A stretch of DNA of 64,000 nucleotides from Thermotogota bacterium. Its GTDB lineage: Bacteria > Hydrothermota > Hydrothermia > LBFQ01. Below the pieces are notes generated by a model. It saw only the letters and a program-made list of their open reading frames with translations, ran no database searches and was not told the origin of the DNA. The translations under genes were made by a program, and so were the position numbers. Location of the stretch: the NCBI GenBank assembly GCA_013153965.1, contig JAADDJ010000010.1, forward strand, positions 17,443 to 81,442, in the 5' to 3' direction. Shown here in pieces: positions 56,820 to 64,000 of this stretch; the stretch's first letter is position 1, and the number at the start of each line of letters is the position of its first letter.

Positions 56820-57149
56820 CTACTCGGGTATCTCGTCCCTCACGTCCTCGTGGTCCTTGTACTCCTCACTCTGGAGTACGGAGGTTATGAAGTCGTCAAT
56901 CTCCCTCTTGGTCAGGAAGACGCCGGCGAGGAGTTTGCCCGTGTAGTGATTGTTCTTGATCTCCCAGAACATGTAGAACTGGGGGAAACGCTCCTTCAGC
57001 TGCTTGTAGGCTATACCGTACTTGCTCGGCTTCTTGTAATTCTGCTCTATGAAGAAGTGCTTCTCATCCACCTCTATCAGGTGGAGGATGGCTCCCGTCT
57101 TCGTCTCTACCAGCTTCCACTTTAAGGGACGCTCTTCCAGTACTTTCAT
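56820..57149 (-). CDS. Hypothetical protein
   Basis: Strong host codon bias, TATAAT 9 nt upstream. Confidence 0.75.
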   Translation of the reverse strand: MKVLEERPLKWKLVETKTGAILHLIEVDEKHFFIEQNYKKPSKYGIAYKQLKERFPQFYMFWEIKNNHYTGKLLAGVFLTKREIDDFITSVLQSEEYKDHEDVRDEIPE

Positions 57150-57188
57150 GGTGAGACTATTATAGACCCGAAAGGGAGGGGGGAAGGT

Positions 57189-57881
57189 CTATCCGAAAAG
57201 TCTAAAGAGAGCCACCATCAAGCCGGCCAGGGCGACCATCTGACCCACCCAGAAGACGAACATCCATCTGATTATGTCGGCCCTCAACCTTCCCATCTCC
57301 CCGTACAGATTTGAGCGTAGGCTCTCAACATCGCCCTTGAACTCCGTACGTAGGCCTTCAATCCTCTCCGCCATCTCCGTCCGCAGACTCTCAATATCAC
57401 CCTTCAACTCCGCACGTAGGCCTTCAATCCTCTCCGCCATCTCCGTTCGCAGGCTCTCAACATCGCCCTTCAACTCCACACGTAGGCCCTCAATCCTTTC
57501 CGCCATCTCCGTCCGCAGACTCTCAACATCACCCTTCAACTCCGCACGCAAACTCTCAATATCACCCTTCAACTCCGTACGTAGGCCTTCAATCCTCTCC
57601 GCCATCTCCGTTCGCAGACTCTCAACATCGCCCTTCAACTCCGCACGTAAACTCTCAATATCACCTTTTAACTCCGCACGTAAGCCTTCAATCCTCTCCG
57701 CCATCTCCACCCTCAGTTTCCCCATCTCCTCCGCCAGGCGTCGTGCGAACCTCTCCTCCAATATCTCAAGCAACTGTGCCTTCGTATCCTCCTGAATCTG
57801 CCGCAGCACATCAACGAGAGCCTCACTACCGTCATCCCCCAGTTTCTCCCTCAGAACCTTTGGGACGGTTATCAGAGGCAT
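57189..57881 (-). CDS. CCDC90/DUF1640-like membrane-anchored coiled-coil protein
   Basis: Head LREKLG...SEALV, hendecad stalk, ADIIRWMFVFWVGQ anchor. Confidence 0.85.
   Translation of the reverse strand: MPLITVPKVLREKLGDDGSEALVDVLRQIQEDTKAQLLEILEERFARRLAEEMGKLRVEMAERIEGLRAELKGDIESLRAELKGDVESLRTEMAERIEGLRTELKGDIESLRAELKGDVESLRTEMAERIEGLRVELKGDVESLRTEMAERIEGLRAELKGDIESLRTEMAERIEGLRTEFKGDVESLRSNLYGEMGRLRADIIRWMFVFWVGQMVALAGLMVALFRLFG
57315..57710 (-). repeat. 12 x 33-bp intragenic tandem repeats of two unit types
   Basis: A = (T/V)EMAERIEGLR, B = xELKGD(I/V)ESLR; order ABBABBABABAB. Confidence 0.92.
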
Positions 57882-57901
57882 CGTCTTATTTTAAGGGGGA
57901 A

Positions 57902-58972
57902 TCAAGCCTTTCTAAAGCAGATGAAGACCACCGTGCGATAGTACGGGGCACTCTCTCCAACCCCAACCTCACCTCCGTGTATCTGCGCTATCTTCTTGAC
58001 CAAAGTTAGGCCTACACCCCATCCCCTCTGCTTGGTTGAGAAGGAACGCTTGAATGCCTTCTTGAAGCCTTCCCTATCAAACCCTTTTCCGTTGTCCTCA
58101 ACCTCCACGCAGACCTTCCGTCCCTTAACCTTGAACCTCACCACGACCTTGGTGGCACCCGCCTCGGCCGAGTTCTTGACGAAGTTCTCTATGGCCCACC
58201 CTATGAGCTCCGGATCCCCCAGAACCTTCACATCTTCGCATTCGCATAGGATCTCCAGATTTTTGTACTTCCTCCGCATCTCCTCCAGAACATCCATCAC
58301 CACCTCCCGCAGGTTAGTCTCAACGAGCTGGGGCTCACCTCCGAGCTTGGAGAATCGGCGAAGTATGGACGTCAGTCTGTTCAGGTCCCGTTTCATACCC
58401 TCAACGGCCTCCGGTGGCAGCCTGTCCTTGACCACCTCATACCACCCGTGGAGGGAGGATATGGGCGTGGCCAGCTGGTGAGCCAACCCCTTGGCGAACC
58501 CCGCCCAGAACTCAGAATATTCATACCTCTCCGACATGTAGGCCGCGTAGAAGAAGAGAAGGGAGATGGTGAGGATCCCCAGAAACAGGAAGACGTTTAT
58601 CCAGCGCAGCCAACGGGTGTAGTGGGGATAGTCGTACAGGAGCTCTCCCATCTTCCGACCGTGGTAGGTTATATCCTCCTTGAAGCGGAGCCGCCCTATC
58701 TCCGATTCGGATATGTTCTTCACCACCCGAACCTTCCCGGAGTTGTCCAGCAGGGCTATGGGGAAGTCTATATCCCGCGTAACGGAGCGGAGTTTGTTGT
58801 ATATCTCTCTGTCGGAGAGGGAGCTGATCAGGAGGGTTGAAACCAGAACCGACAGCGCCCTTGAGCTGCTCTTGGCATTCTGCTCCAGCTTATTTACGAC
58901 CCAGAAGGAGAGGGCCATACCGGAGAGTGTCAGGACCCAGAGGAGGAATAGGAATACGAAGCGGGGTTTCAA
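57902..58972 (-). CDS. Membrane sensor histidine kinase
   Basis: Two TMs, LAHQLATP H-box, ENFVKNS, DNGKG, FSTK..GWGVGL; TTG start in TTGA overlap. Confidence 0.92.
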   Translation of the reverse strand: MKPRFVFLFLLWVLTLSGMALSFWVVNKLEQNAKSSSRALSVLVSTLLISSLSDREIYNKLRSVTRDIDFPIALLDNSGKVRVVKNISESEIGRLRFKEDITYHGRKMGELLYDYPHYTRWLRWINVFLFLGILTISLLFFYAAYMSERYEYSEFWAGFAKGLAHQLATPISSLHGWYEVVKDRLPPEAVEGMKRDLNRLTSILRRFSKLGGEPQLVETNLREVVMDVLEEMRRKYKNLEILCECEDVKVLGDPELIGWAIENFVKNSAEAGATKVVVRFKVKGRKVCVEVEDNGKGFDREGFKKAFKRSFSTKQRGWGVGLTLVKKIAQIHGGEVGVGESAPYYRTVVFICFRKA

Positions 58973-60570
58973 AGGATGCCCTCCAGAACCTCCTCCAAGG
59001 ACCTGCCGAGGCGCAGCCGCAGGAGGGGCGCGATGAAGTACCGGAGTTTCATCCTGAGATCCTGCGGAGAGTCGGCGAATAGATACGCGTGGCCCACACT
59101 CCCCTTCAGCACCTCGTTGAGGCGGCGGAAGATGGCCACAGCCCATCCTATCTCATCTCGCGACCATCCCTTCCCCTCAAGATACCTCACGAGGGCATCC
59201 TCATCCGGCTCAAAGAATATGACGGGAAACCTGCGAAGGATGGCCTGATCCATCTGCAGGGTGCTAACATCCCTCTCGTTGAGGGTCCCGATGAAGAACA
59301 GGTTCTCCGGGAGCACAAGAGGGGATCCAGAGTAAGGGAGCAGGACGGGCTTCCCCCTATACTCAAGAGCGTAGAGTAAATTCCCGAGGATGGCGGGGAG
59401 ATTCCCCCGGTTCATCTCATCCAGAATCACGACGAACCTGTCCTCCGGGTTGGATTGGGCCTTCCGGACCATCCTCAAGAAAGGCCCCTCAACTACCTCA
59501 AAGGCCACACCGCCCTCCCCTCTGACCGGCCGAAGTCCCTCAACGAACTCCTCGTACCGCAGTGAGGGAGAAGCTTGGATAAGGATCCAATTCCTTCCCT
59601 CCCGTCCGGCCATCCTCTCGGCCACCCTGCGTGCCACGTGGGTCTTGCCCGTCCCCGGGGGGCCCATGAGAACGGCGCTCCCGTACCTGTAAAGCACGTC
59701 CATAACCTCCTCCTCCTCCGGCGACAGGTCGTCGGGTACGGTTATGACCGCCGTACCCTCATCCAACGATTCCAGCGTCTTTCTTATACGTCCGATGTCG
59801 GAGGCGTACCCCAAGAAGACGTAATCTCCGGCGTAGTCGGGCACCGTGCCCGAGACGAAGGGAGCGTTGGCCATCCGTCTATCCGTCCTGAACCGTGGGA
59901 GTCTTCCGGTGTAATCGGGCTTCAGCAGGAATATCCCGTAGCTCTCCCCGCCCACCTCTCTGGCGGCCAGGAGTTTTCCCCATCGGGTGTCCATCACCTG
60001 CCACTCCCCTTCAAGTCGCTCGTATCCACCCGCATCCATCTCGGCGATCAGATGCCTCAAAAATCCTTCCCTCCTCGGATATACCTTCGCGTAGGCCTTA
60101 CGCATATCCACCATCACCCTCACGAGATCCGCCGGCTCCGACGTGGTCCCTATCACCTCCAGATAGGCGAATCTATCCGGCTCAAGGGCCGGGTGCTTTA
60201 TCCGTCCTATGAGGGTATCCACATCACCGACGCGCTCGCCCTCATCGGAGAAACGTACGATGTAGCCGGAGCCGAGGAGCGATGAGAATGTGGTACGTAG
60301 CCAATCGTCCCCCATCTCCTTCAGGATGGGTTTGTGGGGGACGGCCGCCCCATCGGGAGAGTAGAATCGCAAGATCCAAACGGCCTCCCTCCCCCTTCTC
60401 ATGAACAGGATGTGGGGAAGTACGCCCGGGAATAGGGCACTCCGGATCACCACCCCATCCTCCGTGGGAAACAGGTCAAAAAGTCCCACCGAGACTTTCC
60501 TATCCTCATACACCGCCCCCTCGCCGGTGATCCCGGTGAGGAATCTTACGACCTCCCTTATGTCTTCCAC
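58969..60570 (-). CDS. McrB-like AAA+ NTPase
   Basis: GPPGTGKT, YEEFVEG, ILDEMNRGN, IGTLN..D, D.AILRRF, GHAY. Confidence 0.85.
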   Translation of the reverse strand: MEDIREVVRFLTGITGEGAVYEDRKVSVGLFDLFPTEDGVVIRSALFPGVLPHILFMRRGREAVWILRFYSPDGAAVPHKPILKEMGDDWLRTTFSSLLGSGYIVRFSDEGERVGDVDTLIGRIKHPALEPDRFAYLEVIGTTSEPADLVRVMVDMRKAYAKVYPRREGFLRHLIAEMDAGGYERLEGEWQVMDTRWGKLLAAREVGGESYGIFLLKPDYTGRLPRFRTDRRMANAPFVSGTVPDYAGDYVFLGYASDIGRIRKTLESLDEGTAVITVPDDLSPEEEEVMDVLYRYGSAVLMGPPGTGKTHVARRVAERMAGREGRNWILIQASPSLRYEEFVEGLRPVRGEGGVAFEVVEGPFLRMVRKAQSNPEDRFVVILDEMNRGNLPAILGNLLYALEYRGKPVLLPYSGSPLVLPENLFFIGTLNERDVSTLQMDQAILRRFPVIFFEPDEDALVRYLEGKGWSRDEIGWAVAIFRRLNEVLKGSVGHAYLFADSPQDLRMKLRYFIAPLLRLRLGRSLEEVLEGIL

Positions 60571-62402
60571 TATCTGACCGTAACCGATTTGGCCAAGTTG
60601 CGTGGCTTGTCGGGGTCAACGCCCCTCAAGACGGCGGCGTAATATGCCAAGAGTTGCAGCGGGACTATGGTGATTATGGGGGTTAGGAATTCGGGAACTT
60701 CGGGGACGTAGATGGTGTGGGTGGAGAGCTCGGCCATCCTCCTATCCCCCTCGGTAATGACGCTTATCACCTTACCCCCACGGGATACGACCTCGTGGGT
60801 TGAGCTTACGGTCAGCTCGTAGGCGGAGGACCTCGGATTTATGACCACAACCGGTAGGGCGTTATCAACTAAGGCCAGCGGCCCGTGCTTCATCTCGCCC
60901 GCCGCGTAGCCTATGGCGTGTATGTAGCTGACCTCCTTGAGCTTCAACGCCCCCTCAAGAGCCGTGGGATAGTTTATCCCTCTACCGAGGAACATGACGT
61001 TCGTCGTCTTGTATATGCGCTCGGCTATGTGCCCTATGTGGGCATCCAGCGCCAGAACCCTCTCCACCTTCTTGGGGAGCGCCTCCATGTGCCTCATCAT
61101 CCCCTCAAGCTCATCCTCCGTCAGGAACCCCTTCACGTGGGCCAGCTCCAAGGCGAGCAACGTCAGAACCTGCACCTGCGCCACGTAGGCTTTGGTGGAG
61201 GCCACTCCCACCTCTATCCCCGCGTTGGTATATATGACGTAATCGCTCTCCCTCGCTATGGTACTCTCGGGCCTATTGACTATGGCCAGAACCTCCAGTC
61301 CATGCTTCTTCGCGTACCGTAGGCCGTCTATGGTATCCGCCGTCTCACCCGACTGGCTTATGGCCACGACCAACGTCCTTGAATCCGTAGCCAACTTCCG
61401 ATAGGAGAATTCGGAGGAGTACTCAACCTCCGTCGGTATCTCCGCGTAGGTCTCCAGCAGATATTTCCCCACGAGGCCGGCGTGGTAGGAGGTTCCGGCC
61501 GCCTCAATTATTATGCGGGTCTTATTCAGCAGGAGCTTTCGCAGGTTCAGGTCCCGCAGGAGCACGGGTTTGAGGGAGCGCACGTACCTCTCTATGTTCG
61601 TGGAGAGGACCTTTGGTTGCTCGTATATCTCCTTGAGCATGAAGTGGGGGTACGGCCCCTTCTCCGCATCCTCCTCCGTGTAGTCCAGAATCTTCGCCTC
61701 CTTCTCTATCGGTTTCCCTTGGAAATCGTAGAATTCAACGGAGTTCTGTCTGACGAAGGCTATCTCACCGTCATCAAGATAGACCACCCTCTTGGTGTGG
61801 GGGAGGATGGCGACGGGGTCGGAGGCGAGGATGTTCTCCTCCTCTCCTAACCCCACGACCAGGGGGCTATCCTTCCGCACGCCGATTATCAAGTCCGGAT
61901 CATCCCTGAATAGTATGGCCAGAGCGAAGGAGCCTTCAAGTTGCTTCACGGTCTTGACCAGCGCCTCTATCAGCTCCCCCTCCCGTAGATAGTTGTACTC
62001 CAGAAGGTTTGCTATGACCTCCGTGTCCGTCTCGGAGCTGAAGGAATAGCCCTGCTGCCTCAACATCTCCCTAAGGTAGGAGTAGTTGTCTATTATCCCG
62101 TTATGCACCACGGCGAATATGCCCCTCTGCGAGAGGTGAGGGTGGGCGTTCGTATCGCAGACGCCTCCGTGGGTGGCCCAGCGGGTGTGAGCTATGCCTA
62201 TGGTTGATTTGGGGAGAGGGCTCTCCGCGAGGCTGTTTATGAGCTCGTGTATCTTGCCGGCTCTCTTGCGCACTATGATGTTATTCTTCACCAGCAGGGC
62301 TATGCCGGCCGAGTCGTATCCCCTATACTCCAGCTTCTGCAGCCCCACCGTGAGAACGGACTCCGCGTCCTTGCGTCCGACGTATCCTACTATCCCGCAC
62401 AC
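60570..62402 (-). CDS. glmS: Glutamine--fructose-6-phosphate aminotransferase
   Basis: MCGIVG, LEYRGYDSAG, HTRWATHG, SQSGETADT, PRNLAKSVTV. Confidence 0.97.
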   Translation of the reverse strand: MCGIVGYVGRKDAESVLTVGLQKLEYRGYDSAGIALLVKNNIIVRKRAGKIHELINSLAESPLPKSTIGIAHTRWATHGGVCDTNAHPHLSQRGIFAVVHNGIIDNYSYLREMLRQQGYSFSSETDTEVIANLLEYNYLREGELIEALVKTVKQLEGSFALAILFRDDPDLIIGVRKDSPLVVGLGEEENILASDPVAILPHTKRVVYLDDGEIAFVRQNSVEFYDFQGKPIEKEAKILDYTEEDAEKGPYPHFMLKEIYEQPKVLSTNIERYVRSLKPVLLRDLNLRKLLLNKTRIIIEAAGTSYHAGLVGKYLLETYAEIPTEVEYSSEFSYRKLATDSRTLVVAISQSGETADTIDGLRYAKKHGLEVLAIVNRPESTIARESDYVIYTNAGIEVGVASTKAYVAQVQVLTLLALELAHVKGFLTEDELEGMMRHMEALPKKVERVLALDAHIGHIAERIYKTTNVMFLGRGINYPTALEGALKLKEVSYIHAIGYAAGEMKHGPLALVDNALPVVVINPRSSAYELTVSSTHEVVSRGGKVISVITEGDRRMAELSTHTIYVPEVPEFLTPIITIVPLQLLAYYAAVLRGVDPDKPRNLAKSVTVR

Positions 62403-62469
62403 CCCGCTATTTTAAACCCGATGCCCTTAGTAGCAAAAGCCCCCCAATCGGGTGTAGAATATTAATGCG

Positions 62470-62865
62470 ATGAGAATGGAGCTGCAGCGCATCGTTGAGA
62501 AGATAATGGATGAGATAGACGACGCCGAGGCCGTCCTGTTCGCCACGACGGATGGACTGCCGGTGGTATTTGAGAGCCGCTTCAACCCGGACATCGTTGA
62601 GCGGTTGGCGGCCCTCTCCGCCATGTTGTACTCCGTGTCCAACCGAGCGGCCAATCTGGCCGAGGTGGGGGAGTTTGAGAGCCTTGAGCTGACGACGACC
62701 TACGGGAAGATGTTCATATACCACACCGCGCAGGACCTGTTCCTGACGATACTGACCAGCAAGGAGACGAACATCGGTCTGGTCCATGTGGTCGTTAAGG
62801 ATATATGTCGCAGGTACAGGGAGGTGCTGCGCCATGAGATTGGAGAGGATAATGGAGCTTCTTAA
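62470..62865 (+). CDS. Roadblock/LC7 (MglB-like) protein
   Basis: ATTDGLPV, ERLAALSA, NIGLV. Confidence 0.85.
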   Translation: MRMELQRIVEKIMDEIDDAEAVLFATTDGLPVVFESRFNPDIVERLAALSAMLYSVSNRAANLAEVGEFESLELTTTYGKMFIYHTAQDLFLTILTSKETNIGLVHVVVKDICRRYREVLRHEIGEDNGAS

Positions 62866-63343
62866 AAACTCCCTCCACATAGATGAGCCTCTGCCTCCGG
62901 CCCTCGTGAAGCACCGGGAGACCATAATGGGTTGGTTTCCCGAGCTGATGGAGGCCATAGCACGGAGGGTTGAGGGCACCGATGAGTACGTGAAGGAGGC
63001 TCTCCCCAAATTCGTCAAGGCGATGGTGATGGGGCAGACGGCCGACCTGTGGGAGAAGCTCTACAAAGAGAGCCAGAAGACCGCCTCCCACGGAATAACC
63101 CCCGAAAAGATAACCGTGGCTGGGACCGTCCTTCTGGAAGAGCTGGCCAAGAGGGCCATCCGCTCCTTCCCTCCCGACGAGGCCGAGCAGATAGTCACCT
63201 ACTTCATACGGATGATAGCCGGAGGCGTCGCGGTTAGGGTCAGCGGCTACAGGGCCCTGAGCAAGGAGTTCCTCGGCGTATCCGACAGCCTCTTTGAGAG
63301 GATAGAGCGCCTTCAGGCGAAGGGGTTGCGTAAGGAGGAGTAG
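62834..63343 (+). CDS. Protoglobin/globin-sensor-like helical protein (start 62834 or 62852)
   Basis: All-helical about 165 aa; C-terminal G.S.SLFERI motif I recall from roadblock-linked globin-fold proteins. Confidence 0.5.
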   Translation: MRLERIMELLKNSLHIDEPLPPALVKHRETIMGWFPELMEAIARRVEGTDEYVKEALPKFVKAMVMGQTADLWEKLYKESQKTASHGITPEKITVAGTVLLEELAKRAIRSFPPDEAEQIVTYFIRMIAGGVAVRVSGYRALSKEFLGVSDSLFERIERLQAKGLRKEE

Positions 63344-63374
63344 GGCGCTCCCCTTCACCCGTAGAATCGTTTCT

Positions 63375-63746
63375 ATGAAAGGTGGCAAGCTTTGGGCCCT
63401 TCACTTCTTCGCGGGTTTCGTCCTCTTCTTCCTCCTCTTCGCCCATATCTCCCTGATGCACTTCTCCGCCGGGGCCGTCGCCCCGTTGAGCGATCCATCC
63501 AACCCACTAAGCTGGCAGAGCGTCCTCGCCCGCTCTAAGGACCTTATGATGACCGTGATATATACCCTCTTCGCCGGTTTCGGCCTCTACCATGGCTTCT
63601 ACGGACTCTTCGGAATCCTTACCGAGGTCAATGCCCTAAAGCCTTACCGTAAGGCCATCGGGGTTCTACTGACGCTCCTTGGGGTCCTTCTATTCGCCTA
63701 CGGGGCCTTCGCGGCATGGTATGGGTACTTTACGCTTCGTGGGTAG
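63375..63746 (+). CDS. sdhD: Succinate dehydrogenase hydrophobic anchor subunit
   Basis: W.LHFFAG, HI..MH, W.SV.AR, LYHGFYGL..I..E; TAGAAT 7 nt upstream. Confidence 0.78.
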   Translation: MKGGKLWALHFFAGFVLFFLLFAHISLMHFSAGAVAPLSDPSNPLSWQSVLARSKDLMMTVIYTLFAGFGLYHGFYGLFGILTEVNALKPYRKAIGVLLTLLGVLLFAYGAFAAWYGYFTLRG

Positions 63747-64000
63747 CCCGGCCCATAACCGAAGACAGTCTTAAGAGTCTGAAGGGCAAGGTCCTGCTCA
63801 TAGACGTGCGCTCCCCATCGTTCGTCAAGAGGGCTCCGATGGGAACCACCTACAACCTACCTCTGACGGATATCATCGCGGGGTATCGCCCTCCAGATGG
63901 CTACGACTACTATATAACGCTCTCCTCCTGCCCCAAGGGAGGGATAGCCAAGCGGGCGGCCGAGATCCTCGCCCGCAGGGGGCTAAAGGCGTTCTATCTG
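63716..64000 (+). CDS. Rhodanese-like protein, 3'-truncated by window edge
   Basis: Own translation: MVWVLYASW...LLIDVRS...NLPL...SCPKGGIAKRAAEILARRG; absent from the ORF track because it has no stop. Confidence 0.75.
   Translation, partial: MVWVLYASWVARPITEDSLKSLKGKVLLIDVRSPSFVKRAPMGTTYNLPLTDIIAGYRPPDGYDYYITLSSCPKGGIAKRAAEILARRGLKAFYL

Noticed and set aside
57315..57710. 33-bp repeats as a CRISPR array
   Set aside because: Units are contiguous with no unique spacers, stay in frame in a coiled-coil gene, and no cas genes are present
62403..62469. glmS ribozyme
   Set aside because: The -10 box is 6 nt from the start and the 67-nt gap is shared with a divergent promoter, leaving no room
1..64000. 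Alternative genetic code or selenocysteine recoding
   Set aside because: Conserved genes are full length in code 11 and all three stop codons end genes at expected positions

Overview
64 kb of a compact, roughly 60% GC (by eye), gene-dense bacterial chromosome with about 70 CDSs, one tRNA-Glu(TTC), and no rRNA, CRISPR or IS element. SprA-like, LptD-like and T9SS-type C-terminal-domain proteins indicate a diderm. E/K/R-rich proteins and ATA/AGG codon use suggest a thermophile, plausibly from an FCB-adjacent candidate lineage such as WOR-3 (inference, no search run). Content is mostly housekeeping: purB, gdhA, topA, dnaX, infC, dtd, glmS, panB, rsmE, Sua5, sppA, hypABE, sdhC/D and nuoC. The notable signals are window-wide. 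(1) About 35 genes have a TAnnnT (mostly TAnAAT) -10 box 6-9 nt before the start codon, implying leaderless transcription, and the box is often built from the upstream gene's stop codon. (2) Normally operonic genes are scattered as singletons. (3) Exported non-lipoprotein proteins start with ultra-short uncharged hydrophobic N-termini instead of classical signal peptides, while lipoproteins keep normal ones. (4) TCGA is almost absent. Local oddities: an AT-rich two-gene ABC exporter island, a roadblock plus probably haem-less globin pair, a Cys-free rhodanese, an orphan McrB-like ATPase, an Lpp-like lipoprotein and a 33-bp repeat coiled-coil gene. All calls come from motif recognition by eye.
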